Shown: positions 18,160-27,912, counted from the stretch's first letter. The stretch: DNA of 64,000 nucleotides from an uncultured Lacihabitans sp. (GCA_964423865.1 CAYRGN010000012.1:21198-85197), one strand, 5' to 3'. Program-made: numbers and translations. Notes: generated by a model from the sequence alone, not told the origin.

Positions 18160-18915
18160 ATGATACTTGAAAAAAATACCAGCGGAGAACTGGATGTAAG
18201 GGTATTGGTCCCCATTCAAAGGCATGAATTATTGATACGGCTTTTTAAGGATTTACCTGTGGGCGAAGATTTTGTGTTTGTCAATGACCACGACCCCATT
18301 CCTTTATTTTATGAGTTTCGCTCCATTTACGGGGATGTGGTGGGCTGGGAATACCTGAACCGGGGCGGACGGGAATGGAAAGTGAGAGTGACCCGGCTGG
18401 AGGAGTCGAAAGGCGTGGAACTGGAAAATGTTTCTACATTGCTTGACCTGAGGAAGGCCGGTAAAGACGAGTGGAAACAGATTGTATTTCACCGTTACGG
18501 CATGATGGAGCAGAATACTACCATGGAATTGATCTCGGCGGAAGATCCAACGGAGATTCACGGCATTTTTATTCATAAATTTGAGGGAAAACATAAGTGG
18601 ATTTATAAAAAGAAGTCGGAAGGAGAATTTGTGGTGCATATTACCAAGCAAGATAACAGCGGTTTGGGTGACGACGGCTTCTCGGTAGTCAACGAATTTG
18701 ATTTGAGACCCTTTCCACCTACCGAGAGACATGAAATGTTTTACCGGGCCTTTGCCGACATACGCGCCGGGGAAGCGTTTGAGTTCATCAATGACCATGA
18801 TCCCAAACCCCTGTATTACCAGATGGAAGCGGAGAGTAAGGAACCTTTCCGCTGGGAATACCTGGAGAAGGGACCCGACACCTGGAAAGTGCGTGTCACA
18901 AAAGTCACGGTATAA
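18160..18915 (+). CDS. Triple DUF2249 domain protein
   Basis: 'VNDHDPIPL..WEYLNRG..WKV', degenerate middle copy, 'INDHDPKPL..WEYLEKGP..WKV'. Confidence 0.8.
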   Translation: MILEKNTSGELDVRVLVPIQRHELLIRLFKDLPVGEDFVFVNDHDPIPLFYEFRSIYGDVVGWEYLNRGGREWKVRVTRLEESKGVELENVSTLLDLRKAGKDEWKQIVFHRYGMMEQNTTMELISAEDPTEIHGIFIHKFEGKHKWIYKKKSEGEFVVHITKQDNSGLGDDGFSVVNEFDLRPFPPTERHEMFYRAFADIRAGEAFEFINDHDPKPLYYQMEAESKEPFRWEYLEKGPDTWKVRVTKVTV

Positions 18916-18942
18916 AGAAGTAAGCAGCAGTTCGCCACAGGA

Positions 18943-19016
18943 CTCACAGCTCATAGCTCACAGCTCATAGCTCACAGCTCATAGCTCACAGCTCATAGCT
19001 CATAGCTCATCACTCA
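18943..19016. repeat. Heptamer tract alternating CTCACAG/CTCATAG (about 10 units)
   Basis: Read directly from the sequence. Confidence 0.95.
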
Positions 19017-19027
19017 AATATATACCC

Positions 19028-19531
19028 ATGAACAAAGCCTTGTACGATTTCTTTACGAATGATCATCGGCGTATCGAAACCATTTTCGACGAAGCCACCC
19101 GGGATAAAGATCGGGTAGACCTGGAAAAATACCACCATTTCAGGGTAGGTTTGCTCACGCACATCAAAATGGAGGAAAAGATACTCTTTGTGGCGGCGCA
19201 GAAGGCCAATAGAGGAGAGCCGCTTCCGCTTCAGGCTAAACTGAGGCTGGACCATGGCGCCTTGACCACCCTGCTGGTATGCTATCCGTCTCCTGAAGTG
19301 ATTCGGGTCATTCAGCATGTTCTGGAAGTACACGATATCCTGGAAGAAGAGGAGGGAGGTATGTATGAGGTCTGTGCTAAACTCACCCAAAATGAGACAA
19401 GGGCCATACTGGAAGAGCTGGAAAAAGTGACCCTGGTGCCGGTACACCCCTTCAATGAAGCCGATTATGTGCTGGACGTAGCGAAGCGCTCCCTGCAAAG
19501 GGCCGGATTTGATTTTGACGATATAATCTAA
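19028..19531 (+). CDS. Hemerythrin-domain protein
   Basis: 'DHRRIE', 'HIKMEEKILF', 'DHG', 'HDILEE' HHE-type ligand spacing. Confidence 0.8.
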   Translation: MNKALYDFFTNDHRRIETIFDEATRDKDRVDLEKYHHFRVGLLTHIKMEEKILFVAAQKANRGEPLPLQAKLRLDHGALTTLLVCYPSPEVIRVIQHVLEVHDILEEEEGGMYEVCAKLTQNETRAILEELEKVTLVPVHPFNEADYVLDVAKRSLQRAGFDFDDII

Positions 19532-19686
19532 TTGTTCTTCTCGGCCTTATGCCCGGTAATCTTACTTAGATCTACATGGGAAAGGGTACGTTTAGCACGT
19601 TCCAATTTTGATTGAACAAACTCATCCAGGGAAGCGTATGGGCCACTTTTTTGTCTGGGGGAGAAATTTTTGTTTTCGGTTTTCAT
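19528..19686 (-). CDS. Small protein (52 aa), partner of DUF6934 gene
   Basis: MKTENKNFSPRQKSGPYASLDEFVQSKLERAKRTLSHVDLSKITGHKAEKNN; ATG 14 nt downstream of the DUF6934 stop. Confidence 0.55.
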   Translation of the reverse strand: MKTENKNFSPRQKSGPYASLDEFVQSKLERAKRTLSHVDLSKITGHKAEKNN

Positions 19687-19699
19687 AAAAATAATTTTA

Positions 19700-20152
19700 T
19701 CAGACCAGTTTGTTTTTTGATTTAATAACGTAAGCATCGTAATTTTGGTTCTTCCGAAACAATTCAGGTAATGAATTCTTGATGCCCCATATCTCCAGTA
19801 TATTTTCCAAATGATCGATCTCAGCAGAGATAATAATTCTGTACAATCTTGTTCTTTCCGGCGTACTTCCTTCAATATAAACTAATTTGGTTGGATACTT
19901 GTCAAAGAAGTGAAAAATAGTTCTTACAACAGTAGCAAGGACTTTTTTCATATCAAGGTTATTCGTAACGGACTTGTCATCAAATGAGCCATCAGGTAAA
20001 GCATCCACCAATGCAAGGTTGTAAAGTTGGTTATTCTTCTCAAATGGGGTGTAGATCACAACTTTGTTAACCGTTTTGTGCGAACTTTTGCTAGTAAACT
20101 CGAATCGAAGAGAGTTTGCGTAATGTTGATATGGATAATATTCTTGTTGCAT
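19700..20152 (-). CDS. DUF6934 family protein
   Basis: 'FEFTSKS', 'YNLAL', 'DMKKVLATV', 'GSTPERTRLYR' pattern; AT-rich. Confidence 0.7.
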   Translation of the reverse strand: MQQEYYPYQHYANSLRFEFTSKSSHKTVNKVVIYTPFEKNNQLYNLALVDALPDGSFDDKSVTNNLDMKKVLATVVRTIFHFFDKYPTKLVYIEGSTPERTRLYRIIISAEIDHLENILEIWGIKNSLPELFRKNQNYDAYVIKSKNKLV

Positions 20153-20215
20153 GATATGCAAATTTAGGGGAAGAGTTTGACGATCTTCTGAACTTGAGAT
20201 AACTTTTGCGCAGAT

Positions 20216-20249
20216 AAAAAAATCCCCGGCTTTCGACCGGGGATTTTTT
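20216..20249. terminator. Intrinsic terminator after acnB (bidirectional A/T tails)
   Basis: AAAAAAATCCCCGG-CTTTCGA-CCGGGGATTTTTT. Confidence 0.9.
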
Positions 20250-20255
20250 GCTGTA

Positions 20256-23027
20256 TTACCGATTTAATGTCCCTATCGGAGGTGAAAAGCGGGTCAGGTC
20301 TATGCCCTCTACCGCGGTTTTGTACTCGTCCATGTTCGGGATTCGACCCAGTATGGCCGACAGCACCACCACCGGGGTGGAGGCCAGCAGAGATTCCCCT
20401 TTCTTACGTTCAGAATCTTCCACCACCCGGCCCTGGAACAGGCGGGTAGAGGTGGCCATCACGGTGTCGCCCTTCGCTGCCTTCTCCTGGTTCCCCATAC
20501 ATAGGTTACAGCCCGGGCGCTCCAGGTACATCATGTTCTCGTATTCCGTACGGGCAGCGTTTTTAGGGAAAAGGTCATTGAATTCAAAACCCGAATATTT
20601 CTGCAACATTTCCCAGTCGCCTTCCTGCTTCAGCTCGTCTATAATATTATACGTAGGGGCCGCCACCACCAAAGGGGCCTTGAATTTCACTTGTCCCTGC
20701 TCTTTTTCGAGGTTCTTGAGCATTTGAGAGACCACTTTGAGGTCGCCTTTGTGTACCATACAGGAACCTACAAAACCCAGGTCTACTTTTTTGTTTCCTT
20801 CGTAAAACGACAGCGTACGGATGGTGTCGTGGGTATACCGTTTGGAAACATCCTGGTTGCTTACATCCGGGTCCGCGATCATCGGCTCCACAATCATATC
20901 CAGATCAATGACTACCTCGGCGTAGTATTTCGCGTTGGCGTCCGGGCTGAGGGCCGGCTTCTCACCCGACCGGATCTCGGCGATCCGTTTGTCGGCCTTG
21001 TCAATCAGCCCCTGAAGCACCCCGTTCGCGTTATCCATTCCCTTTTCAATCATGATCCGGATCCGGTCTTTCGCGATTTCCAGAGACTCAATCAGCGTGT
21101 CGTCCTGGGAAATACAAATTGCGGCTTTCGCTTTCATTTCGGCCGTCCAGTCAGTAAATGTAAAGGCCTGGTCAGCCGGAAGCGTTCCGATATGCACCTC
21201 GATTATCCTGCCTTGGAATACGTTCTCGCCTCCGAATTGTTGAAGCATCTGGGCCTGGGTGGCATGCACCACATCGCGGAAATCCATGTGCTCCTTCATG
21301 TCGCCTTTAAAGGTCACCTTCACCGATTCCGGAATAGGCATAGACGCTTCGCCTGTGGCCAGGGCCAGGGCTACCGTGCCGGAGTCGGCACCAAACGCCA
21401 CTCCTTTTGACATCCGGGTATGCGAGTCGCCCCCGATAATGATGGCCCAGTCGTCTACCGTAATATCGTTCAGTACTTTATGGATTACATCGGTCATGGA
21501 GTGGTATTCTCCCTTGGGGTCACGGGCCGTAATGAGTCCGAAATCATTCATGAACTTCATGAGTTTCGGTATATTGGCCTGGGCTTTCTTGTCCCACACC
21601 GAAGCCGTGTGGCAACCCGACTGGTAGGCGCCGTCTACAATGGGCGAAATGACCGTGGCCGCCATAGACTCCAGCTCCTGGGCCGTCATCAACCCCGTGG
21701 TATCCTGTGATCCTACGATGTTCACCTCTACCCGTACGTCTGATCCGGCATGCAACAATTTACCGGGCGTAGTACCTACTGCGTTTTTGTTAAAGATTTT
21801 TTCCACCGCGGTAAGTCCCTGGCCTTCTATCGAAATTTCTTTTGAAGGTGCAAATACCGGGGCTGGTTCTACGCCCAGGATCCGGGCAGCTACCGTCTGA
21901 ATCTTCTTCCCGAACACTACTGCGTAAGAGCCGCCGGCCCGGATGAACTCCATCTTCTGAGGAGTCAGCGATTTGGAAATATCAATCAGTTCCTGATCGC
22001 CGTTATATAGTTTTTTCTTTTTCGTATCTATGGTCAGTACGGTCCCGGTCTCTACCGAATACGCCTGTTCCAGCACCGGTTCGTTATTTTCATTGCGGAG
22101 CAGATTGCCGTCCGTGTCCAATTTTTTCACCCAGTTTTTAAGGTCAATGCCAATACCTCCCGTCACGTCTACCGTGGTCAGGAAAATGGGGGAAATACCG
22201 TTGGTTCCTCCCACAATGGGCGCAATGTTCACGAAAGGCACGTATGGACTGGCTTGCTTACCGGTCCAGAGCGCCACGTTATTCACTCCCGACATCCGGG
22301 ATGAACCTACCCCCATGGTGCCTTTTTCCGCAATCAGCATCACACTCTTGCCGGGGTGTTGCGCCTGCAATGCCTTGATTTCTTCCTGAGCCTGGGGTGT
22401 GATCATACATTTTCCGTGTAGTTCACGGTCAGAGCGGGAGTGGGCCTGATTTCCGGGGGAAAGCAGATCTGTGGAAATGTCTCCCTCGCCCGCGATGAAG
22501 GTCACGATTTGTATCTCTTCCGCTACTTCGGGCAATTCGGTGAAAAACTCCGCTTTCGCGTAACTTTCCAGCACTTCTTTCGCGATCTTATTTCCCTGGT
22601 CAAACGCTTGTTTCAGGCGGTCGATGTCCGCATCGTATAAGAAAACCTGTGTTTTAAGTACCTTGGCGGCTTCTTGCGCTATAGCGGCATCCGTACCCAA
22701 GGCCAGGTCAAGCAGCACTTCAATAGAAGGCCCCCCTTTCATGTGAGACAAAAGTTCAAATGCGAAGGCAGGAGAGATTTCGGAGACCAGGGCTTCACCC
22801 AGGATGATCTCTTTCAGGAACCGGGCCTTTACGCCCGCTGCGCCGGTGGTACCGGGCAGGGTATTGTAAATAAAGAAATGGAGGGAGTCGGCGCGGTGCG
22901 CATGCTCCGTATCTTTTATTTGTTCAATGATTTCACTTAATAGGTCGGCCTCGTCTATGGGTTTGGGGTGAAGCCCGTGGTTTTTTCTTTCTTCAATTTC
23001 TTGAATATACTCCTGATAAATATTCAT
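20256..23027 (-). CDS. acnB: Aconitate hydratase B
   Basis: 'GVGSSRMSG', 'GSQDTTG', 'GGDSHTRM', 'VGSCM', 'PGCNLCMGNQ', 'STSTR'-like 'ATSTRLF'. Confidence 0.95.
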   Translation of the reverse strand: MNIYQEYIQEIEERKNHGLHPKPIDEADLLSEIIEQIKDTEHAHRADSLHFFIYNTLPGTTGAAGVKARFLKEIILGEALVSEISPAFAFELLSHMKGGPSIEVLLDLALGTDAAIAQEAAKVLKTQVFLYDADIDRLKQAFDQGNKIAKEVLESYAKAEFFTELPEVAEEIQIVTFIAGEGDISTDLLSPGNQAHSRSDRELHGKCMITPQAQEEIKALQAQHPGKSVMLIAEKGTMGVGSSRMSGVNNVALWTGKQASPYVPFVNIAPIVGGTNGISPIFLTTVDVTGGIGIDLKNWVKKLDTDGNLLRNENNEPVLEQAYSVETGTVLTIDTKKKKLYNGDQELIDISKSLTPQKMEFIRAGGSYAVVFGKKIQTVAARILGVEPAPVFAPSKEISIEGQGLTAVEKIFNKNAVGTTPGKLLHAGSDVRVEVNIVGSQDTTGLMTAQELESMAATVISPIVDGAYQSGCHTASVWDKKAQANIPKLMKFMNDFGLITARDPKGEYHSMTDVIHKVLNDITVDDWAIIIGGDSHTRMSKGVAFGADSGTVALALATGEASMPIPESVKVTFKGDMKEHMDFRDVVHATQAQMLQQFGGENVFQGRIIEVHIGTLPADQAFTFTDWTAEMKAKAAICISQDDTLIESLEIAKDRIRIMIEKGMDNANGVLQGLIDKADKRIAEIRSGEKPALSPDANAKYYAEVVIDLDMIVEPMIADPDVSNQDVSKRYTHDTIRTLSFYEGNKKVDLGFVGSCMVHKGDLKVVSQMLKNLEKEQGQVKFKAPLVVAAPTYNIIDELKQEGDWEMLQKYSGFEFNDLFPKNAARTEYENMMYLERPGCNLCMGNQEKAAKGDTVMATSTRLFQGRVVEDSERKKGESLLASTPVVVLSAILGRIPNMDEYKTAVEGIDLTRFSPPIGTLNR

Positions 23028-23315
23028 ATATGATCTTTTAGCTTAAAGCCACAAGCGATATGCTGTAAACCGCACACTCCCACTTCCCCAGCGGTTTGTG
23101 GTTCGGTTCAAAGGATTCCTGTCTTATGACTCAATTCGTACTATCTTAATAACCGCCAAAATTACAAATGGATTCCCAAATTGGAATTAAGGAGTATCTT
23201 ATTTAGAAAAATTCAAAATATTTTAGAATTTCCCCGTGTTTTTTTGTTTTTTTGTCATTTTTGTAAAAAATTTAGGTGAACTATCCTTTATTTTGCGCCA
23301 ACTTTTAAAGCATAC

Positions 23316-25784
23316 ATGTCAAAAAACCTCGTAATCGTAGAATCCCCTGCAAAAGCTAAGACCATTGAAGGATATCTTGGAAAAGATTTTATTGTCAAAT
23401 CCAGTTTCGGCCATATCCGTGATTTGCCCGAAAAAGAATTGGGTGTAGATATAGAGAAAGATTTTGAGCCTACCTATAAGGTTTCCGCCGATAAGGTGAA
23501 GGTGGTCAACGAACTGAAAAAGGAGGCGAAAGATAAGGAAGTATGGCTGGCCACGGATGATGACCGGGAGGGGGAGGCCATTTCCTGGCATCTTAAAGAG
23601 GCGCTGGGACTTCAAGGCGATACCAAGCGTATCGTATTCCGGGAGATTACCAAGAACGCCATCGGCAAAGCCATAGAAAATCCGAGAACCATTGATCTTG
23701 ACCTGGTCAATGCTCAGCAGGCCCGGCGTATCCTTGACCGCCTGGTGGGTTTTCAGTTGTCGCCCGTGCTTTGGCGTAAGATCCGTGCCGGAGATCGCAA
23801 AAACCTCTCCGCGGGGAGGGTACAGTCGGTAACTGTGCGCATTGTAGTGGAAAGAGAGCGGGAAATTGAGAATTTCCAGGTGGTTTCTTCGTATAAAATA
23901 CAGGCCGATTTTCATGTAGGAAACGGGAAGACTTTGTCGGCCGAGCTTTCGAAAAACTTTGAAACCCTTGACGACGCAGAGAAATTTCTGAACGACTGTC
24001 TGCCGGCCGGGTATACCATTGCCGGTCTTGAAGTCAAACCTGCTACGAAAAGTCCGGCGGCGCCGTTTACGACTTCTACCCTGCAGCAGGAGGCCTCGCG
24101 GAAGCTGAGCTTTTCGGTGCAGCAGACCATGACCCTGGCCCAGCGCCTGTATGAATCCGGGAAGATTACTTATATGCGTACTGACTCCACTAACCTCTCG
24201 GCGGAGGCGGTGGAAGGCGCCAAGGCGCAGATTATACACGCCTACGGAGAGAAATTTTCTAAACCCAGGGTTTTTCGTACCAAAGACAAAGCCGCCCAGG
24301 AAGCCCACGAAGCCATTCGGCCTACTGATTTTTCTGTAAGTGCCGCGGGAGCCGACCGCAACGAAAAACGCCTTTACGACCTCATCTGGAAACGGGCCAT
24401 TGCCTCCCAGATGGCTGAAGCGCAGATTGAACGGACCATCGCCAAAATCGGTATTTCCACCCGTCCGGAAGAACTTACCGCTTCCGGTGAAGTCATCAAG
24501 TTTGAAGGCTTTCTTAAAGTGTACCTGGAAGGAAATGACGAGGAAGACGAAGAAAACAAAGACATGCTTCCCCCTTTGAATATAGGTCAGGAACTGGAAT
24601 TGTTGCGGATGAAAGCCACCGAGCGCTTCAGTCGTCCGCCCGCCCGCTATACCGAGGCCAGCCTGGTGAAAAAGCTGGAAGAGCTGGGCATTGGCCGTCC
24701 TTCTACTTATGCGCCCACCATTTCCACCATTATCAAGCGGGAATACGTGGTGAAAGAAGACCGGCCGGGCCAGACCAGAACCTACCGTGAGCTGGTGCTG
24801 AAAGACGGCGCGGTGACGTCTGACGAGAAAACCGAAACCTACGGCAGTGAGAAAGCCAAGCTTTTTCCTACCAACCTGGGGATGATTGTGAACGATTACC
24901 TGGTGGAGAACTTCAGCGAGATTCTCGATTATAAATTTACGGCGGACGTAGAAGATGAGTTTGACGATGTGGCCGAGGGGAAGGTTTCCTGGCAAAAGAT
25001 GATCAAAGACTTCTACGCCGACTTCCATACCAAAGTGGAGCAGGCCGCCGAAGGTGCGTCTTCTGCTACCAGTTCCAACGAGCTGGGAATAGATCCGGAG
25101 AGTGGTAAAAAGCTGTTTGCCAAAGTGGGCCGTTTTGGGCCGTACCTCCAGATTGGGGAGGCCACAGACGAGGAAAAGCCGGTTTTTGTTTCTTTAAAGA
25201 AGGGAACGCTGATTTCCAGCCTGACTTACGAAGAAGCCCTGGCTGTTTTGAAAGGACCGAAACTCCCTCTTGAACTGGGTCTTCATGAAGGCCATCCCCT
25301 GGTGGTGAACGAAGGCCGCTATGGTCCGTATGTGTTGTACAACGGTAAGTTTTACAATCTTGAAAAGGACGAAGACCCGCTTACCGTAACGAAAGAAAGA
25401 GCGGTAGAAATTATTCAAGCCAGGAACTCAGGTGCAGACGGAAGCCTGCCAAGAAGCATGGCCGATTATGAAGGCCAGCCCGTAGTGATCAACAAGGGGC
25501 GTTTTGGTCCTTATATAAAACTGGGAAGTGTTTACTACAATATCCCCAAAACCGAAGACCCGCTGACGATAGATGATGCCAAAGTGGCGGAGCTGATCAA
25601 AGTAGCAAAGGAAACGGCTGCTAATAAGGTCATCAAAGAGTTTGCCGAAAACGATAAAGTGAAAGTACTGAACGGTCGCTACGGCCCGTATATCCAGATC
25701 GGTAAGCGGAACGTAAAGATCCCGAAAGGAACCGTTCCGGAAGAATTAACGTTAAAAGATTGTCTGGAATTAGGGGAGAAGTAA
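23316..25784 (+). CDS. topA: DNA topoisomerase I
   Basis: 'IVESPAKAKTI', 'ATDDDREGE', 'ITYMRTDS', 'QEAHEAIRPT', C-terminal GR(F/Y)GPY repeats. Confidence 0.97.
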   Translation: MSKNLVIVESPAKAKTIEGYLGKDFIVKSSFGHIRDLPEKELGVDIEKDFEPTYKVSADKVKVVNELKKEAKDKEVWLATDDDREGEAISWHLKEALGLQGDTKRIVFREITKNAIGKAIENPRTIDLDLVNAQQARRILDRLVGFQLSPVLWRKIRAGDRKNLSAGRVQSVTVRIVVEREREIENFQVVSSYKIQADFHVGNGKTLSAELSKNFETLDDAEKFLNDCLPAGYTIAGLEVKPATKSPAAPFTTSTLQQEASRKLSFSVQQTMTLAQRLYESGKITYMRTDSTNLSAEAVEGAKAQIIHAYGEKFSKPRVFRTKDKAAQEAHEAIRPTDFSVSAAGADRNEKRLYDLIWKRAIASQMAEAQIERTIAKIGISTRPEELTASGEVIKFEGFLKVYLEGNDEEDEENKDMLPPLNIGQELELLRMKATERFSRPPARYTEASLVKKLEELGIGRPSTYAPTISTIIKREYVVKEDRPGQTRTYRELVLKDGAVTSDEKTETYGSEKAKLFPTNLGMIVNDYLVENFSEILDYKFTADVEDEFDDVAEGKVSWQKMIKDFYADFHTKVEQAAEGASSATSSNELGIDPESGKKLFAKVGRFGPYLQIGEATDEEKPVFVSLKKGTLISSLTYEEALAVLKGPKLPLELGLHEGHPLVVNEGRYGPYVLYNGKFYNLEKDEDPLTVTKERAVEIIQARNSGADGSLPRSMADYEGQPVVINKGRFGPYIKLGSVYYNIPKTEDPLTIDDAKVAELIKVAKETAANKVIKEFAENDKVKVLNGRYGPYIQIGKRNVKIPKGTVPEELTLKDCLELGEK

Positions 25785-25892
25785 TTACAAAATCGGATGA
25801 AGAAGGAGCTGAAAGAGAGTTTTACAACCAGGAATTTGTGAGATAGATACGCGAATCCGAAAATCAAAAAATAATATTTTAGGTTACTTCAA

Positions 25893-26321
25893 TTGAAAAA
25901 GAAACTCGTAGTACTATCCGGAGCGGGAATAAGTGCTGAAAGCGGACTGAAGACCTTCCGGGATATGGGCGGGCTTTGGGAAACTTGTCGAGTGGAGGAC
26001 GTGGCTACGCCAGAAGGGTGGGTCGCTCACCCGGAAGTAGTGCTGGATTTTTACAATCAACGGCGGAAACAAGCCTTTGAGGCCGAACCCAATGCCGGGC
26101 ACCTGGCCCTGGCAGAACTGGAGAACTATTTTGACGTAAGGATCATTACCCAAAACGTGGACTCATTGCACAAAAAAGCAGGCTCCAGAAACGTGCTTCA
26201 CCTCCACGGGGAATTATCCAAAGTGCGTAGTGTAAAAAATTCAGAATTGATTTATGATATTGGCGCAGAACCCATTCATTTGGGTGACCTGGCCGAACGG
26301 TTGAAAACGCAATATTCATAA
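25893..26321 (+). pseudogene. cobB: Truncated sirtuin (CobB-like NAD-dependent deacylase)
   Basis: GAGISAESG, TQNVD, HGEL present; ends after 142 aa without RPxIVWFGE or GTS motifs. Confidence 0.75.
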
Positions 26322-26334
26322 AAGCCCAAAACAA

Positions 26335-26362
26335 AAAATCCCCGACATAAGCCGGGGATTTT
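26335..26362. terminator. Intrinsic terminator between cobB remnant and rplY
   Basis: AAAATCCCCG-ACATAAGC-CGGGGATTTT. Confidence 0.8.
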
Positions 26363-26386
26363 CATTCTCAGATAACAAGAAAAATC

Positions 26387-26959
26387 TTATTTCTCTGCAT
26401 TCAACTGTCCTCTCAGGGCACGTGGGATAGTCACGCTGGCCACTGGGTTGGCAGAAGGATCAATGATGGTCAGATCCGGAAGTTCCAGCGCTTTTACCCG
26501 GACAGATTTGCCCAGTCCTAACTCGGTTACATCCAGGTTAACAAATTCAGGAATCAGTTTGGCAGGTCCTTTCACCCGCACTTTCCGAAGTGTTTGCACC
26601 AGTTTACCCCCTTGTTTCGCGCCTTTCGCGGTTCCGGTGAGGCGGATGGGAATACTGGTGGTAATCACTTTTTCAGGATTGATCTCCAGTAGGTCCACGT
26701 GCACCAGGGAGTCATTTACGGGATGGAACTGCTTGTCCTGAAGAATAGCAGTATACTCTTTTCCCTCAATGCTCAACTTGATCTGGTACGCTTCGATGCT
26801 GTAAATCACCGGTCTGAACAGATACGCCGGGGCATAGAAGGAAATTTGTTCCTCTCCACCATACAGAATGCCCGGTACATATCCTTCAGCACGCAATTCC
26901 TGGGCTGACTGACGACCGAGATTCGCTCTTTTAAACCCTACAATCTCAGTTACTTTCAT
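26387..26959 (-). CDS. rplY: 50S ribosomal protein L25/Ctc
   Basis: 'LRAEGYVPGILYG', 'QFHPV..LVHVD'. Confidence 0.95.
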   Translation of the reverse strand: MKVTEIVGFKRANLGRQSAQELRAEGYVPGILYGGEEQISFYAPAYLFRPVIYSIEAYQIKLSIEGKEYTAILQDKQFHPVNDSLVHVDLLEINPEKVITTSIPIRLTGTAKGAKQGGKLVQTLRKVRVKGPAKLIPEFVNLDVTELGLGKSVRVKALELPDLTIIDPSANPVASVTIPRALRGQLNAEK

Positions 26960-26961
26960 GA

Positions 26962-27912
26962 TTAAAACTTAAGTTTTTGTTGATAATTTATGAACAATGT
27001 ACTAATTGATCCGTTGTCTCGAATTCTACCGATAGCATGGGCGAAAAGCTCCGCTACCGATATGACTTTTACTTTGGGATTGTCCTGCCTCAGCGGAATG
27101 GAATCGGAAACGATGACCTCCTCGAATACCGAGTTGGCAATGATTTCGTGCGCTTTGTAGGAAAATACCGGGTGGGTGGCTACCGCCCTGACCGACTTCG
27201 CTCCTCTCTCCAGGATCAGCTCGGCCGCTTTGCAGATGGTACCCCCTGTGTCGATCATGTCGTCGACCAATACCACATTGGCGTCTGTCACATCCCCGAT
27301 GAGCTGCATGCTGGCAATCTGGTTCGCTACTTTCCTTTGTTTGTCGCAGATCACAATATCCGCGTCAAAAAAACTGGCAAATTTTCTTACCCTTGACACC
27401 CCACCCACGTCCGGAGATGCAAAAATGAGGTTATCGATCTGTTTTTCCTTCAGGTAAGGTACAAAAACCGAAGTACCCTCCAGGTGATCTACCGGGATAT
27501 CGAAAAAGCCCTGGATTTGTCCTGCATGAAGGTCTAAGGTCATAATCCGGTCTGCCCCCGCTGCGGTCAGCATGTTGGCTACCAATTTGGCGCCAATGGC
27601 TACTCTGGGCCGGTCCTTTCTGTCCTGGCGGGCATAACCGTAATACGGAATCACTGCTACCACATAATGTGCCGAAGCTCTTCTGGCCGCGTCAATCATC
27701 AGCAGAAGTTCCATGAGGTTGTCCGCGTTCGGAAGAGTACTCTGAACGAGAAAAACGTCACAGCCCCGTACAGACTCTTCAAAGTTTACCGATATCTCGC
27801 TATCGGCAAAACGCTGAATAGACACCTTTCCCAGTTCTTTTCCGTAATAATAAGCTACTTTACCGGCTAAATACTGAGAATTAGTTCCGGAAAAGATTTT
27901 AACTTCTGCCAT
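26962..27912 (-). CDS. prs: Ribose-phosphate pyrophosphokinase
   Basis: 'YARQDRK', 'DLHAGQIQGFF', 'SPDVGG', 'DDMIDTGGT'; promoter TACCTTTG at 27934-41 supports ATG 27912. Confidence 0.96.
   Translation of the reverse strand: MAEVKIFSGTNSQYLAGKVAYYYGKELGKVSIQRFADSEISVNFEESVRGCDVFLVQSTLPNADNLMELLLMIDAARRASAHYVVAVIPYYGYARQDRKDRPRVAIGAKLVANMLTAAGADRIMTLDLHAGQIQGFFDIPVDHLEGTSVFVPYLKEKQIDNLIFASPDVGGVSRVRKFASFFDADIVICDKQRKVANQIASMQLIGDVTDANVVLVDDMIDTGGTICKAAELILERGAKSVRAVATHPVFSYKAHEIIANSVFEEVIVSDSIPLRQDNPKVKVISVAELFAHAIGRIRDNGSISTLFINYQQKLKF

Noticed and set aside
23036-23100. Degenerate heptamer-like run and hairpin in the acnB 5' leader
   Set aside because: Too degenerate to assign, and no recognisable riboswitch consensus
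23319-25028. 569-aa antisense ORF, representative of the many long shadow ORFs in the track
   Set aside because: It lies antisense to topA; such frames arise from codon bias and show no motifs
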